Positions 48,408-58,422 of a DNA stretch of 64,000 nucleotides are shown one piece after another. Below the pieces are notes generated by a model. The model made no database searches, was not told where the DNA came from, and saw only the letters and a program-made list of their open reading frames with translations. The stretch comes from an uncultured Gammaproteobacteria bacterium (GTDB lineage Bacteria; Patescibacteriota; Microgenomatia; UBA8517). Positions within the stretch are counted from its first letter, which is position 1; each line of letters opens with the position of its first letter. Location: assembly GCA_964587425.1 (NCBI GenBank), contig CAZPLB010000002.1:102053-166052 (forward strand), written 5' to 3'. The position numbers and the translations under genes are program-made.

Positions 48408-50485
48408 AAATTGCCATGACTATGAGGAAAAAGATTATCATCCTCTATTTTCACTTTGTTCACTTTAAAGCCTTCCAAATCTTCTTTTACTTCAACCTTC
48501 TTTAAAAGAACATCTTCAATATATGGTGTTCCAGTGGGCAAGCTATAAACCTCAAAACCCATATCCATGTATTTTGCTCCAGCTGGAACTTTTCCTATTA
48601 AATTTGAATTTATCAGTTTATCGCTTTCAGTAAATCTCGAGGAAACTCTTACCCATGAATATTCACCTTGATTATATTTCTCCTTACTTTCGTAGAATCT
48701 AAGAACCAAATATCCATCTCTATAGTCTTTTTTAGCGCTATCAAGTCTTGCCTTATATGTAACCTCAAAACCTTGCCATTCGTGAACATCGAATAACTTC
48801 GATCTATCTCCTAAATTTAAAGAGTCAATTTGATATTTTTCCTCTTCCTTTGAAACTACATAATATGGAACTTTTGAAACGATAAAATCCTGATCTGGAG
48901 CAAGGGCATCGTTAAACACACTGTATAATCCAAAATCAGCAACCTCATACACAGAAAGAGCAGCAAACATATTTTTCATCAGTTTTGTTGGCTTTCCATC
49001 AAACCGAAGAAATTCCTTGTAGTTGCTTTGCATCCACCAATAATAATCGATTGTTGCCCAATCAAAACTCACTATGGCATATTTTGCATGTTTTTGCCTT
49101 AATTCATCCATAGAAAAATTGTTAACCAAATCATAGTCGACCCGAACCAAATTATCAGGAACTGGCACAGAAGAGTGAGCAGCAACAGTAGTTCCAACTG
49201 GAATATTTTGAATAATCCATTTTTCAACTACATCACGATTCCAAGGTTTTAAATACTCGCGGACAACCGTTGCAGAACGGGTAAAGTTCTCAAAAATTGC
49301 AAGGAAAATAATAACAAAACAAAAAACTTTAATTATTCTACTTTTGACTTTTAGGAGATAACTAAAAAAACCTCCTGCCAAAACTAATATGCTTGGAATA
49401 ATAGATACAAAATTCCTGGTATAAAACCCACCCTTTGTATAAAAGGTAAAAAAGAAAAAGAAACTAATAATTGGAAATAGCCAGAAAAAAGCTTTCTTGA
49501 AGTTTTTCTTTAGTAACACAGCTGTACTAATGACAAAAAGAAGTATTGTCCACACACCCAAACCAAAATTCACAAGGTACCAGTATGGGTAAAGAGTCAG
49601 TTCCCAACTCCCCACACCGTAAAGTTTTCCTGCATACGATATATCATCTATCATTTTTTCCAAATCAATTAATTGATACGGGTTCGTTATCAAAAAAACC
49701 AAAATAGCCAAAATAGGGATCAAGAAAATTTTTAAATCAAAAAGTGATTTTAAAAAATGAGTGGTCTTTCTCTTTTCAAAAGCAATATAAATGTGAACAA
49801 CTATAAAAGGTAAAAAGCCAAAAATCTGATATTTGGTTGCCAAACAAAGCCCAGCAGCAATACCTCCCAAAATATAATATGAAATTCTTCTTTTCTCATA
49901 TAGTTTCCATGCCATTAGTGATGAAAGAAGCAGAAAAAAAGCATTATATATATCTGGAAGTCCAAAATGGCTATTTAAAACCTGTCTATAGTTGACCGCA
50001 ATAAGGAGAGATGAAAGAATACCGCTCCACTTACCAAACATTTTAGCTGAAATGAAATATGAAACTATAACAACGCAAACACCAAAAAAAGCAGTTACAT
50101 ATCGTCCCCAAAAAAGAACATTTCGATCCTGAGATCCCAATATCTCCAACTGAAAAATCCTATTATATTCATCCTTTCCAAGTGGAAACTTGATAAATCC
50201 ATCAACAATCTTACCCAGATTATGGGCAAAAAAATTTAACCACCCCAACGGAATAAATAAAGTTTTATATATTACCAAATTAACAAGATGAGGCATTGAT
50301 GGATATTCATATCTTTGGAGCCTTATATTTCCATTTTTAATCATCAAAACTACAGTCGTATAAATATTCGCCTCATCACTATGAAATCTATGAAATCCAG
50401 GGTAGGTTCCGGCAAAACGAAGAGTACACGCCACAATAATAACTAAAACGAAACAAACCTTAACAAAACTTATTTTCCTAAGCAC
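48404..50485 (-). CDS. GT-C membrane glycosyltransferase (GT39/PMT-like) with extracellular C-terminal domain
   Basis: HSDE, YP, GR...A.FG, SH...PD, GL..ATKY. Confidence 0.85.
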   Translation of the reverse strand: MLRKISFVKVCFVLVIIVACTLRFAGTYPGFHRFHSDEANIYTTVVLMIKNGNIRLQRYEYPSMPHLVNLVIYKTLFIPLGWLNFFAHNLGKIVDGFIKFPLGKDEYNRIFQLEILGSQDRNVLFWGRYVTAFFGVCVVIVSYFISAKMFGKWSGILSSLLIAVNYRQVLNSHFGLPDIYNAFFLLLSSLMAWKLYEKRRISYYILGGIAAGLCLATKYQIFGFLPFIVVHIYIAFEKRKTTHFLKSLFDLKIFLIPILAILVFLITNPYQLIDLEKMIDDISYAGKLYGVGSWELTLYPYWYLVNFGLGVWTILLFVISTAVLLKKNFKKAFFWLFPIISFFFFFTFYTKGGFYTRNFVSIIPSILVLAGGFFSYLLKVKSRIIKVFCFVIIFLAIFENFTRSATVVREYLKPWNRDVVEKWIIQNIPVGTTVAAHSSVPVPDNLVRVDYDLVNNFSMDELRQKHAKYAIVSFDWATIDYYWWMQSNYKEFLRFDGKPTKLMKNMFAALSVYEVADFGLYSVFNDALAPDQDFIVSKVPYYVVSKEEEKYQIDSLNLGDRSKLFDVHEWQGFEVTYKARLDSAKKDYRDGYLVLRFYESKEKYNQGEYSWVRVSSRFTESDKLINSNLIGKVPAGAKYMDMGFEVYSLPTGTPYIEDVLLKKVEVKEDLEGFKVNKVKIEDDNLFPHSHGNL

Positions 50486-50486
50486 A

Positions 50487-51209
50487 TTACTTTTTGTAAG
50501 CTTCCATTAGAATATCGGGGAATGGTCTACCAGAAAGTGGTTTCTTGAATTTAAGAGTAAATCCCTCATCCTCAAGTATCTTTTTCCATTCATTCTTGGG
50601 TCTATGAAAGAAATTAAAATTATACAGAGTTCCTTCAAAAAGAATGGGTACAAAAAAAGCATCAGTTATGTACCCCAAAATATATTTCAAAGTTAAACCT
50701 CTATCTATTTCAGCAATTACCAGTTTCCCATCTTTATTCAAAGCTTTCTTGGCATTTCTTATTAACTTCAGTTGCATATCAAATGAAAGGAGGTGATGGA
50801 GCATGTGGCTCATTAAAACAACATCAGCTTTTGGTATTTTGTAAGTGAGTGCATCCCCCTGACGGAATTTTACATTTTTTAATCCTCTATCTGCCTTAAC
50901 TGCTCTATCTTTTGAAATCTCAACACCAACAACTTTCCTCTTTTTTTCTTTAATTCCAATGTAATTTGAAAGTATCCCTTCCCCACAGCCCAATTCAACA
51001 ATCAAACCTTTCCTGGGAAGCATTTTTTCAATTTCATAAAATGGTCCATCCCAAAATCTTATTTCAGAAAACAAACCAACAAACCCATCTTCACGATACA
51101 AAGCTGAAGTTTCCTCGATAGCCTTACCTCTCGTTTTTGATTTAACAAAAGAGAAATTTTTAAAAATTCCCAAGAGGTATATTATTAATTTATTTACTAA
51201 TGTATGCAT
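50487..51209 (-). CDS. class I SAM-dependent methyltransferase
   Basis: VELGCGEG, GVEIS, GDA, LHH; start ATG 51209 with TATAAT 6 nt upstream. Confidence 0.9.
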   Translation of the reverse strand: MHTLVNKLIIYLLGIFKNFSFVKSKTRGKAIEETSALYREDGFVGLFSEIRFWDGPFYEIEKMLPRKGLIVELGCGEGILSNYIGIKEKKRKVVGVEISKDRAVKADRGLKNVKFRQGDALTYKIPKADVVLMSHMLHHLLSFDMQLKLIRNAKKALNKDGKLVIAEIDRGLTLKYILGYITDAFFVPILFEGTLYNFNFFHRPKNEWKKILEDEGFTLKFKKPLSGRPFPDILMEAYKK

Positions 51210-51216
51210 TGAAAGA

Positions 51217-52491
51217 TTATACAAGACTAGCCACTTTTTCTCCTAATTGAACAGCATAGTTAGTTCCACGATCCCATGGGTACACTTGTTCAATATTGGC
51301 AATATACAATCCATCAATTGGAGTTTCAATCGGCAAAATTTTCTTTGAATATTTCTTTGTAATAATTGGTTGTGCAAAGGCAGCCTGAAATAAACGCTTC
51401 CTCTTAATATTTTTCTTCTGAAAATGGGGGGAGATTTTTCTGAGGTATGGAAAATATAAATCCAGCACTTCCTTTTCACTCATAGAAAAGAGTGGGTCAG
51501 ATCTTTCTAAATATTTACCAATATACAAAAGTGTTTCACCATTATAATTTCCTTTACTCATAAAGTTTGTGTGTTCAACTACGCACAAGAATGGGGCATT
51601 AATGTCATTAATATTAAGCCAGTACGTATTATCCACAAAAAATGGCTTCTTGAGTGAAAGTATCAAGTTAACGGCTCCAAGACCTCTTCTTTTTAGCATT
51701 TTATTGAAATAATTCTTTGGTAGATCTGGAAGTATGCCAGCGAGTAGATATGATGGAATGGTACATATAATTTTATCTATCTCAAATTTTCCACCACTTG
51801 TTTCAACTATTAGCTTTTCATTTTTCTTTTTAATCTTTGTAACATTACATTTAAAATATATCCTCCCACCATTTTTCAAAATCTGAGCGGAAATTTTTTT
51901 GGCGAGAGTCAAAAATCCTCCTTTGGGGTAAGCGAGCCTTGTCGTCCTTGTTTTAATTCTTGCCCAGAACCAAGATGCTGGAATGACTTTTGCATTCTTC
52001 CCAAACTTCTTTGTCAGTAAAGGCTTCCAAATTACATTCCATGATTCCTCACCCATTGTTTTGCGTACAAACTTGTGTGCTTCAATTTCCTCAAACATCT
52101 TAAGAAATGGAGACACCTTCAAAATAAAGATCACAAAGCCAGTCCTAAATCTAGACAAAAGAGAAATATGTTTAAATTTCAGAAGACTAATTGGTGAATC
52201 AATCTGAGAAATAACGTCTCCGTAAAAAGTTGATGTTTTAGGCCTTTCAACCACAATCTCATGTCCAACTTCTCGAGCAAGTTTCAAGATACTCTTATCT
52301 GTTAAAAACAAGTGGTGATAATGCTGCTCCAGAGTCCATTTCCATCCTTTTTCTTTAAATCCAGCAGCCAAACCACCAGGGTTTGTTCCAGACTCAAATA
52401 TAACTACATCAAATCCCTTTTTTGAAAGGTAGTATCCAGCAGCTAGGCCAGTAAAGCCTGCTCCAACTATTCCAATCTTAATTTTTTTCAT
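51217..52491 (-). CDS. FAD-dependent oxidoreductase (amine oxidase/protoporphyrinogen oxidase-like)
   Basis: IVGAGFTGL.A, E....PGGL, E.HYHH.F, YP.DRG.N.A. Confidence 0.9.
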   Translation of the reverse strand: MKKIKIGIVGAGFTGLAAGYYLSKKGFDVVIFESGTNPGGLAAGFKEKGWKWTLEQHYHHLFLTDKSILKLAREVGHEIVVERPKTSTFYGDVISQIDSPISLLKFKHISLLSRFRTGFVIFILKVSPFLKMFEEIEAHKFVRKTMGEESWNVIWKPLLTKKFGKNAKVIPASWFWARIKTRTTRLAYPKGGFLTLAKKISAQILKNGGRIYFKCNVTKIKKKNEKLIVETSGGKFEIDKIICTIPSYLLAGILPDLPKNYFNKMLKRRGLGAVNLILSLKKPFFVDNTYWLNINDINAPFLCVVEHTNFMSKGNYNGETLLYIGKYLERSDPLFSMSEKEVLDLYFPYLRKISPHFQKKNIKRKRLFQAAFAQPIITKKYSKKILPIETPIDGLYIANIEQVYPWDRGTNYAVQLGEKVASLV

Positions 52492-52518
52492 ATATTCACC
52501 ATAAATAAAATAACAGAA

Positions 52519-53235
52519 TCATTTCTTTGCCCAAATTATAATCGATCCCGAAAACTCTTTGACGAAAGGAATCTTCTCAAGTAACCCTCCGGCAGTCTCA
52601 ACTGGCCTTATTAAAAAATTTGGGGTCGATGGATGCAGAAAGTCATAATTTACTACAACTACTTCCCGGAAGCCAATTTTGTGCAAAACTTTTTCCATTC
52701 TCCACCTTACAAGAGCTGTTTCATCATTGGAATACTCCATTCTTTTTCTTAAAAAGGGAATATTTAGTCCCAAAAAAATTGCGGGGTTCAAGAGGTTTGG
52801 TTCAGTAAAAAAAATTTGCCCGTCATCTTTGAGAACTCTATATGTTCCCTTTAAAGCTTTTTCATAATTAACATGATGCAAAATAGAAATACCGTAAACA
52901 ATGTCAAAAACATTATTCTTAAAAGAAAGTTTTTCGAAATCTTGAACCTTAAAAATAATATTGTTATTTTTTTTGAACTTTTTACGTCCTTCTGAAACCA
53001 ATTTTGGAGTGATATCTGTTGCAATAATTTTAGTTTTTAGTTTGGAAATTCTTTTTGTAAACTCACCATCCCCCGCACCAACTTCCAAAATCTTAAAACT
53101 TTCCTTGGGGCTGCACATCCTTTTGAAAACTTTATATTTATTGTCATATCTTTTTTGTCCAGCAGGAGAGTGCAAACCCCACCACACGTGTTCTAATTCT
53201 GAAAAATGTTGGACTTCACTTTTTAGTCTATTCAA
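52519..53235 (-). CDS. class I SAM-dependent methyltransferase
   Basis: ILEVGAGDG, TDI, FD...G.SILHH, EPN..NP; TTG start. Confidence 0.9.
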   Translation of the reverse strand: MNRLKSEVQHFSELEHVWWGLHSPAGQKRYDNKYKVFKRMCSPKESFKILEVGAGDGEFTKRISKLKTKIIATDITPKLVSEGRKKFKKNNNIIFKVQDFEKLSFKNNVFDIVYGISILHHVNYEKALKGTYRVLKDDGQIFFTEPNLLNPAIFLGLNIPFLRKRMEYSNDETALVRWRMEKVLHKIGFREVVVVNYDFLHPSTPNFLIRPVETAGGLLEKIPFVKEFSGSIIIWAKK

Positions 53236-53280
53236 AACAAAAAAATTCTATAGTATAATACGGCGTTTATAAAGTCCCAA

Positions 53281-54504
53281 ATGATAAATTACTTTTCTAA
53301 AATTTACAAAAACGATTTAGAAAAGTTATTAACGCAAAACAAATCAAAAGGTTACAGAGTATTTAAATTAATAAACAAGCTGCCAAAAGGTAAATATAAT
53401 ATAGTATATTTACCAAACACACTCCACCACACCACAGACATTCAACACCTTGCAAGTCGTCTCAGAAAAGTCACAGGGAGTGAAACATCAATAATTATTG
53501 TCAGTTTTAATTTCCTGTGGAAACCTATTTTATCTCTTGCCACAAAACTCAGGCTTCGCCAAAAGGATATTCAGGAACCAAACTGGCTAACAAAAGAAGA
53601 TATTAAAAATATTTTTGAAATTGAGGGTTTCAGAGAAATAAAACACAGTAAGCGCTTCCTTTTCCCATTTGAAATACCCTTCATAACCAACCTCATAAAT
53701 AAATATCTCGCCAACCTGCCGTTAATAAATTTAGTTTGTCTAACCTCATACCAAATCTTTCGAATTCCCAAGAACCCAAAAAAATACTCAGTTTCAATCA
53801 TAATCCCTGCAAGAAACGAAGAGGGAAATATTAAAGGTGTACTTAAAAAAATTCCAAACATCGGAAAAAAGACAGAAATTATATTTGTAGAAAATAATTC
53901 AACAGACAACACCATCCAAGAAATAAACAATGAAATAAAAAATAATGGTAAGAATATGAAAGTCATACTAATCAGTAAAAAAACGAAGGGCAAAGCAGAA
54001 GCTGTAAGACTCGGGTTTAGGAAAGCCTCGGGAGACATATTAATGATCCTTGATGCAGATTTAACGGTTAGCCCAAGTGAGCTCCCCAAGTTTTACAACG
54101 TCTTGGCAAATGGAGTAGCAGATTTTGCAAACGGCAGTAGATTAATATACCCCATGGAGAAACAGGCCATGCGGACAGCAAACTATATCGGCAATAAAAT
54201 AGTAAGTCTGCTATTCACATTCATTTTGGAACAGAAAATAAAAGATACACTCTGCGGTACAAAAGTACTCTTTAAAAAAGATTACAAAGAAATCGAAAAA
54301 AATAGAAGCTACTTCGGAAACTTCGATCCATGGGGAGACTTTGACCTTCTTTTTGGTATATCAAGATTAAATCTCAAAATCGTCGACATTCCTGTAAGAT
54401 ATAAAGAACGAACCAAGGGTAAATCAAACATGCGGCTCATCAGACACGGTATAGCACTCATGAAAATGTTAATAATTGGTGCAAAAAAGCTTAAGTTTGT
54501 ATGA
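53281..54504 (+). CDS. GT2 (polyprenol-phosphate glycosyltransferase-like) with degenerate N-terminal methyltransferase-like domain
   Basis: SIIIPARNEEGN, ILDADL, GSR, DTLCGTK, FDP.GDFDL; N-term N.LW.P..LA...NWL but no SAM motif I. Confidence 0.85.
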   Translation: MINYFSKIYKNDLEKLLTQNKSKGYRVFKLINKLPKGKYNIVYLPNTLHHTTDIQHLASRLRKVTGSETSIIIVSFNFLWKPILSLATKLRLRQKDIQEPNWLTKEDIKNIFEIEGFREIKHSKRFLFPFEIPFITNLINKYLANLPLINLVCLTSYQIFRIPKNPKKYSVSIIIPARNEEGNIKGVLKKIPNIGKKTEIIFVENNSTDNTIQEINNEIKNNGKNMKVILISKKTKGKAEAVRLGFRKASGDILMILDADLTVSPSELPKFYNVLANGVADFANGSRLIYPMEKQAMRTANYIGNKIVSLLFTFILEQKIKDTLCGTKVLFKKDYKEIEKNRSYFGNFDPWGDFDLLFGISRLNLKIVDIPVRYKERTKGKSNMRLIRHGIALMKMLIIGAKKLKFV

Positions 54505-56009
54505 AAAGTTATTTAAAAAAAAATAAGATTCAGATACTAATTATTACCCTAGTCTTTTTAGTTATTTGGCATAAAATCCTTTATCAAATCCCAATCGGAG
54601 AGGGTTACTACTATTTCGATAGAATCCAAATTATCAAACTGCAAGAACTCCTGCCAGATAAGGCACTCGCCACCTACGACATGTTCCCAAGAATTCTATT
54701 TACTTTTCTACAACCATTATTTAGAGACAATATTCTGCTTTATATTATTTTGCAGTTTACTTTTATGTTTTTTGTTTATCAAATTCTCTACTTCACTCTG
54801 CTAAAGATAACTAAGGATAAACTCTTAAGCCTTGGCTCCACCATATTATTTATATCAAACTACATTGGGTCGTTTTCAATATTGGGTACCGGAGGCTATC
54901 AGCGATTTATACAAAGATTTCCAAATTTAATTTTAATCCTCCCTGCTTTCTATTTTCTCGATAGATATTTAAAAAGTGAGAGAAGGAAAGATTTCGTTAA
55001 ATCATATTTTCTCTTCGCATTGAGTCTAGTGCTTGCGCATCACGTTGTATTTTGGTCATGGATCTTCATCATCTTTCCGCCAATAAATTCATTTCTTAGA
55101 AAAGAAAGGCTAAGTAAATTAATTAAATCGTTAAAAATAAGTTCACTATTTCTAGCTACCACTTATATACTGACCGTCTTTGATACACTTTCTAAACCAG
55201 ACAAACACACCATCCTTCAATTTATTAAAAATACCGAGTCCCTTCCTCAAAAGATTTTCTACCAACTCCCTATTGTTTTCTTTCCACCAAAACTTCTTCA
55301 ATATTTTCTAGATCATAGTAAATCATTATTATTTCCAACTTTGTTAATAGTATTAGTACTTATCTTAATTTCCATAAAACTATATAGAAATGAAAAAAAA
55401 TTATTGGCTATCTTTATTACCTTAACTTCTTCACTTTTATTAGTATGTTTCCTAACTCTTTATGCATATGGTGGAGTTCCAAATCCGCTACAGGGTGTAG
55501 GTGAAGACAGAATATACTTCGTGCAAATCCTTTTCACAAGCATAATTACTGGAATTTTTATTAAAGCATTCTTTGGAAAAAATAAAATACTTTATTCAAT
55601 TGTATGGGTATGTCTCCTCGTCTTCACTCTCAACAACAATACACAATTGATATGGAAAGGCATGGAGAGAATTCAGTACAAAGTAGAATTAGAGAGGATA
55701 TATATAAACTATATAAAGGGCAAGAAGAACGAGTTTGGAGGCAAACCAATTCTAATAATTTCACAGCCTCTTGCAGAAACAAGCAATTTCATTAAGCGCT
55801 TCTATATGCCTCCAGAAACAACATACATAACATTCCATGAAAACTGGCAAAATGATTTAACAAAAATATACTTTCAAAACAAAGATGTTCACGTAATAGA
55901 TTTTAGCTACGAATTAAAAGAGGGTGTCGTTGACGCAAAAACAATACAGTTAAAAGACTTAACCGAGGATTTCAAAAATGGTAATAAAATTAATACATTT
56001 AAATACTAA
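54501..56009 (+). CDS. multi-TM GT-C-like membrane protein
   Basis: ~11 hydrophobic segments, acidic loop after TM1 (GEGYYYFD), DRIY, soluble C-terminal domain. Confidence 0.65.
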   Translation: MKSYLKKNKIQILIITLVFLVIWHKILYQIPIGEGYYYFDRIQIIKLQELLPDKALATYDMFPRILFTFLQPLFRDNILLYIILQFTFMFFVYQILYFTLLKITKDKLLSLGSTILFISNYIGSFSILGTGGYQRFIQRFPNLILILPAFYFLDRYLKSERRKDFVKSYFLFALSLVLAHHVVFWSWIFIIFPPINSFLRKERLSKLIKSLKISSLFLATTYILTVFDTLSKPDKHTILQFIKNTESLPQKIFYQLPIVFFPPKLLQYFLDHSKSLLFPTLLIVLVLILISIKLYRNEKKLLAIFITLTSSLLLVCFLTLYAYGGVPNPLQGVGEDRIYFVQILFTSIITGIFIKAFFGKNKILYSIVWVCLLVFTLNNNTQLIWKGMERIQYKVELERIYINYIKGKKNEFGGKPILIISQPLAETSNFIKRFYMPPETTYITFHENWQNDLTKIYFQNKDVHVIDFSYELKEGVVDAKTIQLKDLTEDFKNGNKINTFKY

Positions 56010-56734
56010 TGAACTCTTTAGACAAACCAAAAACGGTGTTAGTTCACAAAAAAACAATTCAAGAAAACCGACAATTAAATGATTTATATATTGGCTTCTA
56101 TTCAAATCTCAAACAAATTAAACTTCCGAATGGAAAAATAATCGAATTGGGTTCAGGCGGCGGGTTCATAAAAGATATAATCCCTAACATGATAACATCA
56201 GACACCGTAAAAGGTCCTGGAATAGATAAAGTTTTCTCTGCAGAAAAAATCCCGTACAAAAATAATTCAGTGGCGTGTTTTTTTATGTTAAATGTTCTGC
56301 ACCATATTAAAAAATCCGAATCGGCAATTTACGAAATGCAAAGATGTCTTAAAAAAAATGGCAGGATAGTGATGATCGAGCCATATATCTCTCCATGGTC
56401 AAAATTTATTTATAAAAACTTTCACCGCGAAAACCTTGACGAAAAAGGTGGGTGGACAATTCAAGGAAAAGGAAGACTTACGGATGCAAATATTGCCCTA
56501 CCTTGGATAATATTTATTAGAGATAGAAAACTTTTTAAAAAAAGATTTCTCAAGTTAAAAATTATGAGAGTAAAACCACACACCCCTTTCACATATATTC
56601 TCTCTGGCGGTCTCACCAAGCCTCCTTTAGTACCATATTTTATTTTCAATATACTAAACTCCTTTGAAAAAAAGATTCCATTCTTGAATACTAAACTAGG
56701 GTTATTTATGACAGTAGAAATTAAAAAAACGTGA
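56009..56734 (+). CDS. class I SAM-dependent methyltransferase
   Basis: IELGSGGG, TSD, VLHH, R.L...G..VMIEP. Confidence 0.9.
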   Translation: MNSLDKPKTVLVHKKTIQENRQLNDLYIGFYSNLKQIKLPNGKIIELGSGGGFIKDIIPNMITSDTVKGPGIDKVFSAEKIPYKNNSVACFFMLNVLHHIKKSESAIYEMQRCLKKNGRIVMIEPYISPWSKFIYKNFHRENLDEKGGWTIQGKGRLTDANIALPWIIFIRDRKLFKKRFLKLKIMRVKPHTPFTYILSGGLTKPPLVPYFIFNILNSFEKKIPFLNTKLGLFMTVEIKKT

Positions 56735-56785
56735 ACATCTTTAAAAACTTTTGCCTAAATGGCTGATAAATAATACAATACGCCC

Positions 56786-57715
56786 ATGCAATCAATTTCA
56801 ATTGTCATACCGGTTTTCAACGAGCAGTCAAATTTAAAACCTCTATACATCAGATTAGACTCTGTCGTCAAAAAAATTTCAAAATCCCACGAGATAATTT
56901 TCGTTAACGATGGATCAACAGATAAAAGTCTAGATACTCTAATACAATTAAGGAAAAAGGATAAAAGGATAAAAATAATTTCTTTCACCAGAAACTTCGG
57001 TCATATGCAGGCAATTGATGCAGGGTTACAGATGAGTTCTGGCAACAAAGTGGTTGTAATGGATGCAGATCTTCAAGACCCTCCAGAAATAATCGAGGCT
57101 ATGTGGAATAAATCAAAAACTGGATACAACATTGTATATGGAACAAAAAAGGGAAGAAAAGAAAGCATCGTCAAAAAATCCCTCTTCTCAATGTTCTATA
57201 AAATACTGAACAAGGTTTCAAAATTAAAAATGCCGGAAAACGCAGGTACGTTTTGTCTCCTAGATAGAAATGCAGTTGAAATAATATGCGCTCTTCCCGA
57301 AAGAAATAAATATTTCAGTGGTCTAAGAGTCTGGACCGGTCTCAAAAGTACTGGGGTCACCTACGAAAGAGCTAGCCGCTACAAAGGTCGTCCCAAACCC
57401 ATGTCAAAACTTCTTTCTTTAGGCTTTGACGGAATAATATCCTTCTCATACTTGCCGCTTAGAGTTGCAAGTATTATTGGATTTATTTTTGCTTCAATAT
57501 CTTTTCTTTTCATATTAATTGTCATCATTGCAAGGTTTGCTTTTGACAAAGGTATAATTGGTTGGGCATCAACAATGACCACAATTCTTTTCATAGGAGG
57601 AGTGCAGCTTATTACTCTTGGCATAATAGGCGAATATCTTGCTAGAATTTATGATGAAGTCAAAGCGCGCCCACAATATATAATATCGGAAAAAATAGGT
57701 TTTAATAAAAAATGA
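56786..57715 (+). CDS. GT2 undecaprenyl-phosphate glycosyltransferase (GtrB/ArnC-like)
   Basis: IVIPVFNE, VNDGSTD, RNFGH..A..AG, MDADLQDPP, two C-terminal TM, GEY.ARIY.EVK.RP. Confidence 0.93.
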   Translation: MQSISIVIPVFNEQSNLKPLYIRLDSVVKKISKSHEIIFVNDGSTDKSLDTLIQLRKKDKRIKIISFTRNFGHMQAIDAGLQMSSGNKVVVMDADLQDPPEIIEAMWNKSKTGYNIVYGTKKGRKESIVKKSLFSMFYKILNKVSKLKMPENAGTFCLLDRNAVEIICALPERNKYFSGLRVWTGLKSTGVTYERASRYKGRPKPMSKLLSLGFDGIISFSYLPLRVASIIGFIFASISFLFILIVIIARFAFDKGIIGWASTMTTILFIGGVQLITLGIIGEYLARIYDEVKARPQYIISEKIGFNKK

Positions 57716-58422
57716 TTATCTCCCACAAATATAAATACATATTCATCAAGCCAAAAAAAATAGCTGGCACAAGTATTGAAGTAGCCCTATCACAAAGTTT
57801 GGGAGAAAAAGATATAATGCCTCCTCTTACAAAATTCTCACCTTTTCATGACAAAGATAAATATACTTTAACCCCGCAAAATTATAAAGGATTCTATGAT
57901 CACCTTTCTCCAGATAAAATAAAGAAGAAAATTGGAAATAAAATATGGAAAGAGTATTTCAAATTTACTGTTGTCAGAAACCCATGGGATTTGGTTGTTT
58001 CAAGCTATTGGTGGGAAGTAAACAAAAAAGTATCCTTGAATGATTACTTGAGAGTAGTGAACGTTAGAGGACTAATCGATTATGCAAAAGATTTCAGAAA
58101 AATTAAAAAGCCGAAAAGTTTCTCAGACTTCGTAAGAAGTCTTCCAAAAGCATATATCAATACAAATTACTACTTCGAAACAAACGGAAAACCTCTTGCA
58201 GATTTTTATATTCGATATGAGAACATAGACAGTGATTACAAGAAAGTCTGTAAAAAACTAAAAATTCCATATGTAAAACTTTTGCACCTGAAATCCAAAA
58301 CTAGAAAAAACAAAAAACACTACTCATATTATTACAACAAAGAGACAAAAAAAATAGTTGCTGATATTTTCAAAAAAGAAATAAAGTACTTTAATTACCG
58401 ATATCTTTCTCGACCCTTTTGA
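57712..58422 (+). CDS. sulfotransferase family 2 protein
   Basis: KYIFI...K.AGTS (5'-PSB loop), FKF.VVRNPWD..VS.Y (3'-PB motif), F..RYEN, Y..YY. Confidence 0.88.
   Translation: MIISHKYKYIFIKPKKIAGTSIEVALSQSLGEKDIMPPLTKFSPFHDKDKYTLTPQNYKGFYDHLSPDKIKKKIGNKIWKEYFKFTVVRNPWDLVVSSYWWEVNKKVSLNDYLRVVNVRGLIDYAKDFRKIKKPKSFSDFVRSLPKAYINTNYYFETNGKPLADFYIRYENIDSDYKKVCKKLKIPYVKLLHLKSKTRKNKKHYSYYYNKETKKIVADIFKKEIKYFNYRYLSRPF

Noticed and set aside
53571-54089. 172-aa antisense ORF; likewise 60273-60818 and most other short nested ORFs in the track
   Set aside because: Shadow frames of well-supported genes, with no motifs or independent start signals
53236-58422. Invertible segment (shufflon-like) explaining the strand switches
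   Set aside because: No flanking inverted repeats seen by eye and no recombinase in the window
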